The notes: a model not told the origin generated them from the sequence alone. A DNA stretch of 64,000 nt from Chthoniobacterales bacterium (GCA_038230215.1 JBBRNR010000002.1:324788-388787); one strand, 5' to 3'; shown: positions 26,054 to 37,780, counted from the stretch's first letter. Translations and numbers: made by a program.

Positions 26054-26088
26054 CTCATGCAGATGAAACTGAAAATCATCTGCATGAG
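26054..26088. terminator. Perfect 13-bp hairpin between the convergent small-ORF cassette and tkt
   Basis: ctcatgcagatga (26054-26066), loop aactgaaaa, tcatctgcatgag (26076-26088). There is no clear U-tract on either side, so terminator function is inferred from position only. Confidence 0.45.
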
Positions 26089-26096
26089 TCACCACA

Positions 26097-28079
26097 TTAG
26101 AGGCTTTGGACGGTCTTGACTAAATTCTCGGTGCTGATGCCGAGGACTTTGAAGATGATGGAGCCGGGAGCACTCAGGCCGAAACGGTCGATGCCGACCA
26201 CTTTGCCGTCGAGGCCGACGTATTTGAACCACAAATCGGACACGCCCGCCTCGATGGCGACGCGGCGACGGATGGCTCGCGGCAGGATGGATTCCTTGTA
26301 TTCGTCGCTCTGACGGTCGAATCGCTCGAAACACGGCACGGAGACGACGCGGACGCCTTCGCCGAGTTGCTTGGCAGCTTCGATGGCGTATTGCACTTCG
26401 CTGCCTGCTCCGAGGAGGATGGTCTTTAACTCGCCTTTTTCGGGGAGAATGACGTAAGCACCACGTTCGACGCCGGCGCGGCGTTCGGCGACGGTGGCAT
26501 CGTTGAGCATGGGCACGGCCTGACGGGTGAGCGAGAGTAGGGTGGGTCCATCGGTGCGACAAAAAGCAGCAGCGAAGGCTCCCGCCGTTTCCTCGGGATC
26601 AGCGGGACGAATGACGTCCAGATTGGGAATGACTCGCAGGGAACTGACGGTTTCCACGGGTTCATGCGTCGGACCGTCCTCGCCGACTCCCACTGAGTCG
26701 TGTGTGAAGATATAAAGAGTGGGCAAATGCGACAACGCCGCCAGTCGGATCGAGGCGCGGCAGTAGTCGGCGAACACGAGGAAGGTCGCGCCCGAGGCTC
26801 GGAAAATCCCGTGGTAGGCGATGCCGTTCATGATCGACGTCATGCCGTGCTCGCGGATGCCGAAGCGGATGTTGCGCCCGCTGGGGTTGCCGGGAGTGAA
26901 ATCCTTGCTGCTGTTGATATAATTCAAAGTCGAACCGTAAAGATCGGCGCTGCCCCCGACCAGCAACGGGAGGGCGTCGGCCAGCGGCTGGAGAACGTCG
27001 CTGCCAGCCTTGCGGGTGGCGATTTTCGAGTCTGCCGGGAAGGCGGGAATTTTATCAATTAGGTTGGCCGGAATGGATTTGGTAATGCCGCTGTCGAGCA
27101 GGGCCGAGAGAGCCGGGTTGGTTTTTTCCCAGGCGAGGAAAAGCTTCTGCCAGGCGTCGTATTTCTCCTTTTGGACAGCCTGACGCGCGACGAAAAACTC
27201 TGCGACCGCCGGATCGACGTAGAAATGTTCCTCGGGAAGGTCGAGTCCCTTGCGGGCGGCATCGGCAAATTTCGCGCCGCCTTCGCCATGACCCTTGGCC
27301 GTACCAGCGACTTCGGGAATGCCCTGCGCGATGAGGGTGCGAACGATGATGAAATGCGGTTTGCCATTGGCGACGCGGGCTTTGTCGTAGGCGACGAGGA
27401 AGGCTTCCATGTCGTGACCGTCCACGATCTGCACGTCGAAGCCGTAAGCCTCGTAGCGCTTGGCTGTGTCCTCACTTTGCGAGGCGTCGGCCATCGCGTC
27501 GAGGGTAACGTCGTTGCTGTCGTAAATGAGGATGAGATTGTCGAGTTGGTAGTGACCGGCGAATGAAGACGCCTCTGCTGCCACGCCTTCCTGAAGACAA
27601 CCGTCACCGGCTAACGCGACGATTTTATGATCGAAAATGGCGTGTTCGGTGGTGTTGAAACGGGCGGCTGCCATTTTGGCCGAGAGCGCCATGCCCACGG
27701 CGTTGCCCACGCCTTGGCCGAGCGGACCGGTGGTGCATTCCACCCCCACCGTGTGGCCATATTCCGGATGTCCGGGGGTCTTGCTGTCGAGCACGCGGAA
27801 ATTTGCCACGTCCTCGATGCTCAAATCATAGCCCGCCAGATGCAGCCAGGAATAAAGGAACATGCTGCCGTGACCCGCCGAAAGAACGAAGCGATCGCGG
27901 TTCAGCCAATGCGGGTCCGCCGGGTAAAAATTCAGCGCCTCGCCGAAAAGCACCGCTCCCACTTCCGCAGCACCGAGCGGCAAACCGAGGTGTCCTGAAT
28001 TAGACTTGTGAACGGCGTCGATGGCCAGACCACGGGCAATGTTGGCAGCGCGAGAAAGAATGGGAAGATTGAGTGACAT
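26097..28079 (-). CDS. tkt: Transketolase
   Basis: [17 protein letters not shown] and the TPP/pyrimidine-binding domains; full length is about 660 aa. Start chosen at [17 protein letters not shown] (28079); the alternative is 28106. Confidence 0.95.
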   Translation of the reverse strand: MSLNLPILSRAANIARGLAIDAVHKSNSGHLGLPLGAAEVGAVLFGEALNFYPADPHWLNRDRFVLSAGHGSMFLYSWLHLAGYDLSIEDVANFRVLDSKTPGHPEYGHTVGVECTTGPLGQGVGNAVGMALSAKMAAARFNTTEHAIFDHKIVALAGDGCLQEGVAAEASSFAGHYQLDNLILIYDSNDVTLDAMADASQSEDTAKRYEAYGFDVQIVDGHDMEAFLVAYDKARVANGKPHFIIVRTLIAQGIPEVAGTAKGHGEGGAKFADAARKGLDLPEEHFYVDPAVAEFFVARQAVQKEKYDAWQKLFLAWEKTNPALSALLDSGITKSIPANLIDKIPAFPADSKIATRKAGSDVLQPLADALPLLVGGSADLYGSTLNYINSSKDFTPGNPSGRNIRFGIREHGMTSIMNGIAYHGIFRASGATFLVFADYCRASIRLAALSHLPTLYIFTHDSVGVGEDGPTHEPVETVSSLRVIPNLDVIRPADPEETAGAFAAAFCRTDGPTLLSLTRQAVPMLNDATVAERRAGVERGAYVILPEKGELKTILLGAGSEVQYAIEAAKQLGEGVRVVSVPCFERFDRQSDEYKESILPRAIRRRVAIEAGVSDLWFKYVGLDGKVVGIDRFGLSAPGSIIFKVLGISTENLVKTVQSL

Positions 28080-28262
28080 AAATGATGGGTATTTTTGGAG
28101 TGGCAAGGCTAAGAGAAAATTCCGGGGGATGACAACCCCTTAAGCCGAAGGAATCAAAAAATCTGATTTTGTAAATCGTGCGACCAGCGCTCCCTAAAGT
28201 TTTGCATTCGAGTTCCATACGAATGCGGCGTTCCCCTGCCCAAAGTCCCCCTGCATCCCGAC

Positions 28263-28946
28263 TCAGATCCGTATGCGACGCCCTCCATCTTTAGGATCGG
28301 TCGGACGCGAAAGCGGGCTCGCCACTTCCGGCACACGCGGGATGCCCGCCGCGCCGCGCTCGCGCAATTCGAGAATCCCATCGCAGATGCCCTGGGCAAT
28401 GGCGTCCCGGGTTTTTGCCTGGGCCAGACGTTTTGCCTCCGAGGGATTTGTTAGGTAACCGCCCTCGACCAGGACCGCTGGAATCTGCGGGTTGCGTGTC
28501 AGGCGCAAGCGGCGGCGGTTGATTGCGATGTTCATGAGACCCGCCTGTAGGGCCACATTGCGCTGGATGCGAGCCGCCAGGGCCGTGGCGTCGGGGCGCC
28601 AGAAAAACGTCTCCACTCCATGCGGCTCGCTCCCGCCGACCGCGTTGTAATGAATGGAAACCAGCACGGCGTCGCGACCACGATAGCGGTTCGCCAGGGC
28701 CACGCGGTCGTCGAGTTCGATGAAGAAATCGGCGTCGCGCAGCAGGATGGATTTCATACCGACGCGAGTTAGCTTCGACTGGAGCCGGAGGGCCGTATCG
28801 AGGGTGAGTTGCTTTTCGACGAGCCCGTTTCCCGTGCCGCCGCTGTCTTTCCCCCCGTGGCCGGCGTCAATGATGACCAGCGACGGCGAGGCGGCTGAGG
28901 CGAGTTGGATTCCGATGAAACAGAAAAGTAGGAGACGAAAAAGCAT
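28263..28946 (-). CDS. N-acetylmuramoyl-L-alanine amidase (Amidase_3 family)
   Basis: Signal peptide, then IIDAGHGGKDSG, SIHYNA and VLVEGGYLTNPSE motifs. Confidence 0.9.
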   Translation of the reverse strand: MLFRLLLFCFIGIQLASAASPSLVIIDAGHGGKDSGGTGNGLVEKQLTLDTALRLQSKLTRVGMKSILLRDADFFIELDDRVALANRYRGRDAVLVSIHYNAVGGSEPHGVETFFWRPDATALAARIQRNVALQAGLMNIAINRRRLRLTRNPQIPAVLVEGGYLTNPSEAKRLAQAKTRDAIAQGICDGILELRERGAAGIPRVPEVASPLSRPTDPKDGGRRIRI

Positions 28947-29095
28947 GATGTTTTTCTAACGGCCCGCCCAGCCGCTGTAAACATGCGCCATCGAATGGGA
29001 TAGTGATTTCATTGTTCTGAGGAAATGTTGATGCAAGACGCCGAGCCACGCAAACCGCTTGCGCCGAGCGTCCAAATCAGTTTGCCTAGCGGGCC

Positions 29096-30913
29096 ATGGA
29101 TTTTCTCGACGAACTCAATAGCGGTCTGCTTTGCGGCGATGGCGCGATGGGGACCGAAATCATGGCGCGCGGCGCGCTCGTCGATGGCTGTTTCGAGGAA
29201 CTCGTCGTCTCAGAACCGGGGCTCATTTCCGGCATACACGCGGATTATCTCGCCGCCGGATCGCGGGTGATCGAGACCAATTCCTTTGGCGCGAATGCCG
29301 TGCGGCTCGCCCGGTTTGGCTTGGAAAATCGCGTCGCCGAACTCAATTCCAGCGCCGCCCGACTCGCCAAAGTCGCCGCCCTCGGCAAGAACGCCCACGT
29401 TGCCGGTTCGGTCGGTCCGAGTGGACTCAGCGCCGAGGCGATCCGTGAGCAGGGCGTGGACCGGCGCGGCGTCTTTCACGAGCAAATCAGCGCGCTCCTG
29501 GATGGCGGCGTCGATTTGATCCAACTCGAAACATTTCTCGACCTGGACGAAATTCTCCTCGCCCTCGAAGTCAGTAAGAATCTCAGCGGAGTACCAGTCA
29601 TATGTTCGATGGTTTGCAACGAGGAGGGTCGTCTGACGTCAGGTCTAAGCATCGTCGAAGCCTTCCGTAAATTGACCGCCGCCGGAGCCGACGTCGTGGG
29701 GTTGAATTGCCTCACCGGCCCGCACGCCATGCTCCGCGTCCTGGAAAAAATTCCACTCGAGTTCCATCTCAGTGCATTTCCCAATGCCGGACATCCGCTC
29801 TATCGCGACGGTCGATATTTGTATGGACTTTCGCCCGAGTATTTCGCCACAGCCGGACGCGAGTTTGCCGCACAGGGCGCGCGCCTGATCGGGGGCTGCT
29901 GCGGCATCGGACCTGAACACATCGCCGCGCTTTCCAAAACCCTCATCGGACTGCAACCCGCCTCGCAAAAAACCGTCGTCCGCGTCACTGAGGCCCCGCG
30001 TCCATCCGCCAAGACGCACTCTGAGGAAACGAGTTTGCTCGACCTCATCGCTGCTGGAAAAACAGTCATCGTAACCGAACTCGACCCTCCGAAAACGCTC
30101 GATCTCGAAAAATATTTCGCGGGAGCCCAAGCACTCACCGAGGCTGGCAGCGACGCCATTACGCTGGCCGACAATTCTCTCGCCATCCTGCGCGTGGCCA
30201 ACGTTTCCATCGGCGCGTTGTTAAAGGAGCGATTCGACATCATGCCACTGATACACGTTAGTTGCCGCGACCGTAATTTACTTGGACTCCAAAGCGAACT
30301 CATGGGCATCGCCGCGCTCGGCATTCGCCACATTTTGCCTCTCACCGGCGACCCGGCGAAAGTGGGCGACCACCCCGGCGCGTCGTCGGTCTATGACGTG
30401 AATTCCATCGAACTCATGCGCATCATCGCGCGGCTTAACGAAGGCTACAATCACGCCGGAAAAAGCATCAAAGTGCAGACCAATTTCGTCCAGGGTTGCA
30501 CCTTCAATCCCAACGCCAAAAACCTCGATACCCAAGTCGCCCGGCTGGAACGCAAGATTGCCGCTGGGGCGAGTTACGTCATGACCCAGCCTGTCTTTGA
30601 CACCGCGCTCGTTGCCGAAATGCACCACCGCACCGCGCATCTCAACGTTCCGATTTTCACCGGAGTCTGGCCGTTATTAAATGGACGCCAGACAGAGTTT
30701 CTCCACAACGAAGTCCCCGGCATTTCCATTCCTGACAACGTCCGCGAAACCATGCGCGGGCTGGAGGGTGTCGAGGGTAAAAAGAAGGGAATCGAACTCG
30801 GAAAAGACATCTGCAAGGCCGTCCTCGATCATTTTCCCGGTGTCTATCTCATCACACCATTTCTCAACTACGAAACCACCGTCGAGCTCGCCGGATTCGT
30901 TAGATCGTTATGA
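29096..30913 (+). CDS. Bifunctional homocysteine S-methyltransferase / 5,10-methylenetetrahydrofolate reductase (YitJ-type fusion)
   Basis: N-terminal Hcy-binding domain (DGAMGTE, GGCCG) fused to a MetF-like TIM barrel (SCRDRN, LTGDP). Confidence 0.9.
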   Translation: MDFLDELNSGLLCGDGAMGTEIMARGALVDGCFEELVVSEPGLISGIHADYLAAGSRVIETNSFGANAVRLARFGLENRVAELNSSAARLAKVAALGKNAHVAGSVGPSGLSAEAIREQGVDRRGVFHEQISALLDGGVDLIQLETFLDLDEILLALEVSKNLSGVPVICSMVCNEEGRLTSGLSIVEAFRKLTAAGADVVGLNCLTGPHAMLRVLEKIPLEFHLSAFPNAGHPLYRDGRYLYGLSPEYFATAGREFAAQGARLIGGCCGIGPEHIAALSKTLIGLQPASQKTVVRVTEAPRPSAKTHSEETSLLDLIAAGKTVIVTELDPPKTLDLEKYFAGAQALTEAGSDAITLADNSLAILRVANVSIGALLKERFDIMPLIHVSCRDRNLLGLQSELMGIAALGIRHILPLTGDPAKVGDHPGASSVYDVNSIELMRIIARLNEGYNHAGKSIKVQTNFVQGCTFNPNAKNLDTQVARLERKIAAGASYVMTQPVFDTALVAEMHHRTAHLNVPIFTGVWPLLNGRQTEFLHNEVPGISIPDNVRETMRGLEGVEGKKKGIELGKDICKAVLDHFPGVYLITPFLNYETTVELAGFVRSL

Positions 30914-30920
30914 AACTCCG

Positions 30921-31640
30921 ATGAAACGCCGTGTTCTTTCCATGCAATACGGCGGCCTCGCGTTGGCTGGCTGCGTGCTCGCCTGGGTTGCGTGGAAATT
31001 TCCCATCCTGAGCTGGATTCAAAATGCCCAGCGTTGGGTCCAGGGCCTCGGTCCCACCAGTATCGTCGCCTACCCGTTGCTTTACGCGCTCTGCAACGTC
31101 CTGTTGCTTCCCGCTGGCGTCCTCGTCGTGGGAGCTGGCTTTTTCTTTGGATTCTGGCCCGGTTTTTTCATCGTTCTCCTGGGTAATATCCTCGGAGCCT
31201 CCATCGCCTTCGCCATTTCCCGCACCGTCGCCCGGAAATGGGTCGAACGGAAAATGCTGGTGAACGTGCGCTGGCGGGCGATGGACGAAGTCATCGGAGA
31301 AAAGGGCGGGCGCATCGTCTTTCTCAGCCAACTGCATCCCCTCTTTCCCACCAGCCTGCTCAACTATTTCTACGGCATCACGCGGCTGCCCTTTTGGTCC
31401 TGTCTTGGCTGGGTCGCGCTCGGCCAAATACCAGGCATTTTTTTCTACGTTTACCTGGGCACCATCGGACAATACGGCGTGCAGATTCTCCATGAGAAAT
31501 CCCGTTTTCAACTCGGCGAGTCCGGTCTCTGGATCGCCGGTTTGCTCGCTGCACTGGGTATCACGATTACCCTCGCCCGCCTCTCGATGAACCTCCTTAA
31601 GGAAATCGACGAGCGCGCTGTGGCCCTGCAAGTCGGATGA
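30921..31640 (+). CDS. TVP38/TMEM64 (DedA-related) family membrane protein
   Basis: LLPAGVLVVGAGFFFG, RIVFLSQLHPLFP and LNYFYGIT motifs. The start is the ATG at 30921 within tracked ORF 30681..31640. Confidence 0.85.
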   Translation: MKRRVLSMQYGGLALAGCVLAWVAWKFPILSWIQNAQRWVQGLGPTSIVAYPLLYALCNVLLLPAGVLVVGAGFFFGFWPGFFIVLLGNILGASIAFAISRTVARKWVERKMLVNVRWRAMDEVIGEKGGRIVFLSQLHPLFPTSLLNYFYGITRLPFWSCLGWVALGQIPGIFFYVYLGTIGQYGVQILHEKSRFQLGESGLWIAGLLAALGITITLARLSMNLLKEIDERAVALQVG

Positions 31641-33106
31641 AAAAACTTCTCATCGGAGTTGCAGGGTTATCATTCCTCATCTTCGTCGCACTCGTCACCT
31701 TCGGCCAATGCGTTGGGCTTAATCTCAGCCACGACGAGCACCAATTCATCGCCCCAGCCGTCCTCTGGGCCCGCAACGGTCTCCTGCCCTATCGCAACGT
31801 TCCGCTCTTTCATCAACCCTACCTCATCGCGCTCGACGCCTTGGTCATCAAAAACGCCTCCTCCCCCCTGCTTGCCGCCCGGCTGATTTCCGGCGCTGCC
31901 GCATTTCTCACCGGGTTGCTTCTCTTCGGCTGCGCGTGGCGGGCGACCCGAGAAAAACCCATCGGACTTAGGCTCATCTCTGGCATTTCCATAGTCATGC
32001 TCTGGCTCACCAGCCACTTGTTTCTCGTCTCCTCGGGTCGCGCCTGGAACCACGATTTACCCAGCTTGCTCGCCATTTCCGCCTTCGCACTCCTCCTTTT
32101 TTCGGACACACCGCGGCACTGGCACTGGCTCGTCGCAGGTCTGCTGGCTGGGCTCGCTACCGGCGGACGCCTCACCTTCGCCCCTTTTGCCGGACTGCTC
32201 CCTCTCACCGCCCTGTTCTGGCGAAACATCCCGTTGCGCACACGCTTTTTCTATCTGACTTGCAGTGGAATCGGAGTCGTTACTGCCCTGCTGCCCAGCC
32301 TGTGGTTTTATCTGCAAAGCCCTGAGGGCTACCTCTTTGGCAACTTCGAGTTTCCCCGTCTGCCGCTCCTCGAAGCCGATAACAATCGCATCCTGAAAAC
32401 CATGACTCCATGGAGAAAACTGCGCTTTTTTTTCAAGGAAGTCATCGTCTCCAACCTCCCGCTGGCCCTTGCGGCGATCAGCCTCGGCATCATCGCTCTG
32501 CGCCAGAATCGAATGAAACTCCCCTGGCGCTGGATTGTCCCCAGCCTGGCCCTCGTCGCCGGAGCCTTCGCGCCGTCGCGTTACGAAATGCAGCATTTCT
32601 ACATCGTCGTGCCACTGGCTGCATTGCTCACCGCGCGGTTTCTGCAATCAGCCAAAAGGGGCGCGATTTATCTCGCAATCGCCGCAGCACTCATCGGCTG
32701 CGTGGTGGGTCACGACGTTTTCAGGCAGCTAGGGGAAGTTTTCCAACACAACGATTGGGCCGTGACCCGGCTGCATCAGAAGGGACTGCAACTCCGCTCA
32801 CGCGTTCCTCACGGAACGGTCCTAAGCCTCGCCCCCATCGTGGTGCTGGAGGGCGGGATCGACATCGCACCGTCGCTCGCCACAGGGCCATTCGGATGGA
32901 AATTTGCCGCGCTCGTTTCGCAACCGAGGCGTGGACGTTTGGGCCTGATCGCCCCGTCGGATCTAGCCTCGCTGCCGCCGCCTGCTGCAATTTTGACGGG
33001 TCAGGAATCCGACAAACTGGAAAAACCACTAGTCGTTTACGCGCGGCAGCTTGGCTATCGTCCGGAACATTTTGACGACTCCATCACGCTCTGGATGCGT
33101 CCGTAA
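31637..33106 (+). CDS. GT-C-fold membrane glycosyltransferase-like protein (PMT/ArnT-like)
   Basis: About 11 TM segments and an HDEHQF acidic motif in the first predicted loop. 4-nt overlap with the upstream gene. Confidence 0.65.
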   Translation: MKKLLIGVAGLSFLIFVALVTFGQCVGLNLSHDEHQFIAPAVLWARNGLLPYRNVPLFHQPYLIALDALVIKNASSPLLAARLISGAAAFLTGLLLFGCAWRATREKPIGLRLISGISIVMLWLTSHLFLVSSGRAWNHDLPSLLAISAFALLLFSDTPRHWHWLVAGLLAGLATGGRLTFAPFAGLLPLTALFWRNIPLRTRFFYLTCSGIGVVTALLPSLWFYLQSPEGYLFGNFEFPRLPLLEADNNRILKTMTPWRKLRFFFKEVIVSNLPLALAAISLGIIALRQNRMKLPWRWIVPSLALVAGAFAPSRYEMQHFYIVVPLAALLTARFLQSAKRGAIYLAIAAALIGCVVGHDVFRQLGEVFQHNDWAVTRLHQKGLQLRSRVPHGTVLSLAPIVVLEGGIDIAPSLATGPFGWKFAALVSQPRRGRLGLIAPSDLASLPPPAAILTGQESDKLEKPLVVYARQLGYRPEHFDDSITLWMRP

Positions 33107-33218
33107 GTGGGATTTTAACCCAGGTCGCCGGGTTTGACATTGAGGTTGGCAGAGAGTAAACGGCTTTCCGCAGAATTCTCTTAGGTAGTTTTCTAGAATA
33201 ATTCGCGTCCAATTTTTT

Positions 33219-33875
33219 ATGGAGCAAAAAGAGCTGACGCTCACCGTTAACGAAATTTACCAATCCATCCAAGGCGAGAGCACTTGGGCCGGGCTGCGGT
33301 GTGTGTTTGTGCGGCTGACATTTTGCGACCTGCGCTGCACGTATTGCGACACGGCTTATGCGTTTTACAAAGGCGAAAAGCGGGTTCTTTCCGAGATCAT
33401 CAGCGAGGTGCTGGCGATGGATTGTCCGCTGGTCGAAATCACCGGAGGCGAACCGCTTTTGCAAAAAAACGTCCTACCCCTGATGACCGCGCTCTGCGAC
33501 GCTGGCAAGACGGTTCTGATTGAGACGAGCGGTGCGCACGACATTTCGAAGATCGATCCGCGCGTGCATCGGATTATGGATTTGAAGACGCCGGACAGCG
33601 GCGAATCAGGGCGGAATCTGTGGACGAACATCGCGTATCTGACGCAGAAGGATGAGGTGAAATTCGTCATCGGATCGCGATTGGACTACGACTGGGCGAA
33701 GCAACAACTTTCTCAATACAATCTGACTCGCCTCTGCACCGTTTTGTTTTCCCCGAATTTCACTGTCATCGAGCCGCGTCTGATCGTGGAATGGCTCGTG
33801 GAGGATAAGCTCGATGTGCGTTTCCAACTCCAGATGCATAAGTTCATCTGGGATCCGAAAAAACAGGGAGTCTGA
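33219..33875 (+). CDS. queE: 7-carboxy-7-deazaguanine synthase (radical SAM)
   Basis: EIYQSIQGES and the CxxxCxxC cluster CDLRCTYCDT. Adjacent to queD. Confidence 0.92.
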   Translation: MEQKELTLTVNEIYQSIQGESTWAGLRCVFVRLTFCDLRCTYCDTAYAFYKGEKRVLSEIISEVLAMDCPLVEITGGEPLLQKNVLPLMTALCDAGKTVLIETSGAHDISKIDPRVHRIMDLKTPDSGESGRNLWTNIAYLTQKDEVKFVIGSRLDYDWAKQQLSQYNLTRLCTVLFSPNFTVIEPRLIVEWLVEDKLDVRFQLQMHKFIWDPKKQGV

Positions 33876-33880
33876 TAATT

Positions 33881-34246
33881 ATGAAAGCAACGATGACCAA
33901 GGATTTCACTTTTGAAGCGGCCCAGACTCTCCCCAGTGCGCCGGAAGGCCACAAATGCCGCCTGATGCACGGCCACAGTTTTAAGGTGGAAGTTTCTGTG
34001 ACGGGAGAGGTCGATCCCGAAGTGGGCTGGATTTACGATCACGCCAAAATCACCGGCGCGATGAAACCGCTGATCGACCGGATGGATCATTCGTATCTCA
34101 ACGAGATCGAGGGCATGGAAAATCCGACGATCGAGAACATGGCCGCTTGGTTTTGGCGGAAGATCGAAGCACAGCTCCCGGGCTTGAGTGAGATCGTAAT
34201 CTACGAAACGCCGACAGCGCGGTGTAGTTTTCGCGGGGAATTTTAG
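33881..34246 (+). CDS. queD: 6-carboxy-5,6,7,8-tetrahydropterin synthase
   Basis: CRLMHGHSF, DHSYLN and a 121-aa size typical of QueD/PTPS. Confidence 0.92.
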   Translation: MKATMTKDFTFEAAQTLPSAPEGHKCRLMHGHSFKVEVSVTGEVDPEVGWIYDHAKITGAMKPLIDRMDHSYLNEIEGMENPTIENMAAWFWRKIEAQLPGLSEIVIYETPTARCSFRGEF

Positions 34247-34279
34247 GTTTCCGACTTTTTCAGTCGAGTTCCATCAGAC

Positions 34280-35551
34280 TCAGGCGGCTTCTTTTTCCTG
34301 CTTGCGGCGCAGTATGGGAGCTTTGGTGCCTTCAACGACGGCGCGATTGATCGTCACCTCAGCCAAATCTTCGCGTCCGGGTGCCTCATACATGACGTCC
34401 AGCATGATTTTTTCAATCATGGAACGCAGAGCGCGGGCACCGGTACCCTTGGCGACGGCTTGAGCTGCAAGCGCGCGGAGACCGTCCTTGGTAAAATTCA
34501 GATTCACCCCCTCCATGCCGAGAAGCTTGGAGTATTGTTTCACCATCGCGTTTTTCGGCGCAGTTAGTATTTGCACTAATTCGTCCTCGTTCAGCGGATT
34601 AAGAGCCGTAAGAACCGGCAGGCGGCCAACAAACTCGGGAATTAGCCCAAACGCCAGCAGATCCTCGGGCTCGGTTTTTTGAAAAGCCTCGGGAATGGTC
34701 ATGCTTCCGCCATTGGCGGCAACGGCGTGAAAACCCATTGCCTTGCTGCCGATGCGACGACTGACAATTTTTTCCAATCCTACAAACGCACCACCGCAAA
34801 TAAAGAGGATTTTATCGGTATTAATCTGGATGTATTCCTGCTGGGGATGTTTTCGCCCTCCTTGAGGTGGGACGTTGCAGGTGCTGCCTTCGAGGATTTT
34901 GAGGAGCGCCTGTTGGACGCCTTCACCGGAAACGTCGCGGGTGATGCTGACATTGCCATTACTGCGACCGATCTTGTCGATTTCATCGATGTAAACGATG
35001 CCGATCTCGGCGCGTTTGACATCGTAATCCGAGGCCTGGAGCAGGCGAAGAACGATGTTTTCCACATCCTCGCCGACGTAACCGGCTTCAGTCAAAGTAG
35101 TGGCGTCGGCGATGCAGAAAGGAACATCCAGAATACGAGCCAAAGTTTTCGCGAGCAGAGTTTTGCCGCAACCTGTCGGTCCGAGCAAAAGAATATTGCT
35201 CTTTTCGAGTTCGACATCCGAGAAGTCTGCAAAACCACTGCTGGATGGATTCGGAACGTCGAGAATGCGCTTGTAATGATTATGAACTGCCACCGAAAGC
35301 GTCCGCTTGGCGAGTTCCTGTCCGATCACATATTGATCGAGTTGACGCTTTATTTCCGCAGGTTTAGGCACCCGCATTTCCAATGCCACCTTTTTGCGTC
35401 CATCCTCATTTAACTCCTTGTCGAGGATGCTTTTACAAACATTGATACAGCTGTCGCAAATATAAACACCCGGACCAGCAATCAGCTTTTTGACCTCGGA
35501 ATGGCTCTTTCCACAGAAAGAGCACATGGTGAGATTGGAAGCTCTAGCCAT
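34280..35551 (-). CDS. clpX: ATP-dependent Clp protease ATP-binding subunit ClpX
   Basis: N-terminal zinc finger CSFCGK..CDSC, Walker [17 protein letters not shown] and the IGF-type loop region. Confidence 0.97.
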   Translation of the reverse strand: MARASNLTMCSFCGKSHSEVKKLIAGPGVYICDSCINVCKSILDKELNEDGRKKVALEMRVPKPAEIKRQLDQYVIGQELAKRTLSVAVHNHYKRILDVPNPSSSGFADFSDVELEKSNILLLGPTGCGKTLLAKTLARILDVPFCIADATTLTEAGYVGEDVENIVLRLLQASDYDVKRAEIGIVYIDEIDKIGRSNGNVSITRDVSGEGVQQALLKILEGSTCNVPPQGGRKHPQQEYIQINTDKILFICGGAFVGLEKIVSRRIGSKAMGFHAVAANGGSMTIPEAFQKTEPEDLLAFGLIPEFVGRLPVLTALNPLNEDELVQILTAPKNAMVKQYSKLLGMEGVNLNFTKDGLRALAAQAVAKGTGARALRSMIEKIMLDVMYEAPGREDLAEVTINRAVVEGTKAPILRRKQEKEAA

Positions 35552-35573
35552 AATGAAATTGTCGGCTCAAGTT

Positions 35574-36284
35574 TTAGGCGGGCAGGGAAGCTGGAGAAGG
35601 AGGATCGGTGGGTTTATCTTTCAATTCCGGCTTCGCCGAGGCGGGAAGTTCTTTCTGAGACTTCACCACTTCATCCACCAATCCATAAGCGGCGGCTTCA
35701 TCGGCCGTCATATAATTATCGCGGTCCGAGTCGAAATTCACTTGTTCGGGAGTTTTCCCGGTGTGATGAGCCAGAATGCGGATGAGCCGCTTTTTCAGCT
35801 TATACATGAACTCTACTGTCCGCTCGACATCGCTGGCTGTGCCCTGGGCGCCACCGGAAACTTGGTGAATCATAATGTCCGAGTTGGGTAGCGCATACCG
35901 CTTGCCCTTGGCTCCGGCAGCTAGAAGAACCGCACCCATGCTGGCGGCCATGCCGAGGCAATACGTGGAAACGTCGCAGGTTAAAAACTGCATCGTGTCG
36001 TAAATAGCCAACCCGGCTGTGACTGATCCACCGGGTGAATTGATGTAGAGATGAATATCTTTTTTCGGATCTTCCATTTGCAGGAAGAGCAACTGCGCGA
36101 TGATCAGATTCGCCACATGATCATCCACAGCGGTGCCGAGAAAAATGATGCGATCCTTTAGCAGGCGGGAATAAATATCGTAGCTGCGCTCCCCTCGCCC
36201 GGTCTGCTCGACAACCATGGGAACAAGCATGGAGTTATTCGGCGATTGTTTGAAACCCGAAGCGAAAGGTGAAATGTAATTCAT
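35574..36284 (-). CDS. clpP: ATP-dependent Clp protease proteolytic subunit ClpP (with about 35-aa Pro/Lys-rich C-terminal tail)
   Basis: Catalytic context GMAASMGA and MIHQ, plus [11 protein letters not shown]. The start may be the internal Met at 36230. Confidence 0.95.
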   Translation of the reverse strand: MNYISPFASGFKQSPNNSMLVPMVVEQTGRGERSYDIYSRLLKDRIIFLGTAVDDHVANLIIAQLLFLQMEDPKKDIHLYINSPGGSVTAGLAIYDTMQFLTCDVSTYCLGMAASMGAVLLAAGAKGKRYALPNSDIMIHQVSGGAQGTASDVERTVEFMYKLKKRLIRILAHHTGKTPEQVNFDSDRDNYMTADEAAAYGLVDEVVKSQKELPASAKPELKDKPTDPPSPASLPA

Positions 36285-36292
36285 AGTAAAAT

Positions 36293-37621
36293 TTACACTG
36301 CCTCCGTTTGGGTGGCAACTTCCTGGACCGTCGCGTTCGCCACAAGGAAATCAATCACCTTCCCCATGAGAATGTCTTCCTGGAGACCTCCGAATCCTCC
36401 ACGTTTTTGCAATTCGTTCTGCATTTTCTTGGGAGTTACACGGTATTTCTGAGCCATTTGCTCAACGCGGCTGTCCACTTCGTTGCGGTTGATGCGGATT
36501 TCTTCCTTCTCGGCAATGCGCGTCAAAATGAAAGCACCTTTCAGACGGTTGCGAGCGGCGGTGGCTGCTTGAACAACAATATCTTTTTCGTTTTCCTTGA
36601 GTTGTTCGTCAGTGATTCCGCGTTGCTGATTTTGCTGAACGATCTCCGCCATAATACGGCGAGTTTCGTTTTGCACCATGTCCTGAGGCAGCTCACACTC
36701 GACTTTGGCGAGGAGATTTTCGACCACTTGATCGCGTTTCAGACGCTCGACTTCGTTAGCGCGCTGGCTGGCGATTTCTTCTTTCAGCAGCTCGACCAGT
36801 TGATCGTAGCTGTGATCGGCGATAACTTTGACGGCAAGCTCGTCGTTCAACTCGGGCAGAATCTGCGATTTGATGCCTTGGACAGTCACATCGAAGTCCA
36901 CTTTTAGGCCAGCAACTTCCTTGGCTGGAAAATCCGCTGGGATCTCGATGGTAAACTTGCGATTGTCCCCGATCTGCGCGCTAACGAGATTGTCGCAGAA
37001 GCCTTTGAAAAAAGAGTTGGGTCCCATTTTGATCCAGAAGCCGCTGTTGCCCGCGAGTGCCTTGCCGGCTTTCGGAGCGATCTCGACCACGGATTTTCCA
37101 TCAACGGTGCCCGTGTAATCAATCACGGCGAAGTCGTCCATTTCGAGTCCACGATCCGTCACATCGACAAAATCGGCATGTTGCTCGCGAAGATTTTGCA
37201 AGGCGCGATCAATGTCACCAGGCTGAACCTCGGAAGACGGAACCTGCACGGGAAGTCCCTTGTATTCAGGGAGTTCGAAAGTGGGTTGGGTAATGACGGT
37301 CGCGGTGAACGACAAGCTGTGATCCTCATGGAACTCAACGTCTTGCACGTCGGAAACGGAGAGGACTTTTAGTTTTTCCTTCTGAATGGCTTCGCGGAAA
37401 CCCTCATCGACGAGCTGTTTGGTGAGCTCTTCTTTGATCTCTTTCTGGAATTTTTTATCAATAACAGATTGCGGCGCTTTGCCGGGGCGATAACCAGGGA
37501 TGCGAGCTTGATTTTTATATCCGGCAGCGATGCGGGACTGGGTGGCCACGACTTTGTCGGAAGGGACTTCGACTTTGACGGAGGCTAGACAATTGGGCAG
37601 GGATTCGACTTCGACGTTCAT
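36293..37621 (-). CDS. tig: Trigger factor
   Basis: The N-terminal ribosome-binding region GYRPGKAP stands in for the GFRxGxxP motif. Central PPIase-like domain and tig-clpP-clpX synteny. Confidence 0.93.
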   Translation of the reverse strand: MNVEVESLPNCLASVKVEVPSDKVVATQSRIAAGYKNQARIPGYRPGKAPQSVIDKKFQKEIKEELTKQLVDEGFREAIQKEKLKVLSVSDVQDVEFHEDHSLSFTATVITQPTFELPEYKGLPVQVPSSEVQPGDIDRALQNLREQHADFVDVTDRGLEMDDFAVIDYTGTVDGKSVVEIAPKAGKALAGNSGFWIKMGPNSFFKGFCDNLVSAQIGDNRKFTIEIPADFPAKEVAGLKVDFDVTVQGIKSQILPELNDELAVKVIADHSYDQLVELLKEEIASQRANEVERLKRDQVVENLLAKVECELPQDMVQNETRRIMAEIVQQNQQRGITDEQLKENEKDIVVQAATAARNRLKGAFILTRIAEKEEIRINRNEVDSRVEQMAQKYRVTPKKMQNELQKRGGFGGLQEDILMGKVIDFLVANATVQEVATQTEAV

Positions 37622-37780
37622 AAAATTTTGATAGGGAAAAGTCGCGAAACTTAGGCTGTCGGTTTGTGGTTGGCAATCGAAAGAACGGGAATCCGCGAAA
37701 GTTGTGGAAATTAAGGCGGGTTTTTTCTAAATGACGAGTAATGACTTTTTTTCCGATTTAGAGCGGCTAGAGTCGGCAGC

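Noticed and set aside
28947-29095. Possible SAM/SAH riboswitch upstream of the Hcy-methyltransferase/MetF fusion, and a preQ1 riboswitch upstream of queE (33107-33218)
   Set aside because: I could not recognise the conserved cores of the SAM-I, SAM-II, SAH or preQ1 classes by eye. An Infernal/Rfam scan would be needed, so no call is made.
34679-35413. 244-aa + strand ORF
   Set aside because: It is antisense to clpX.
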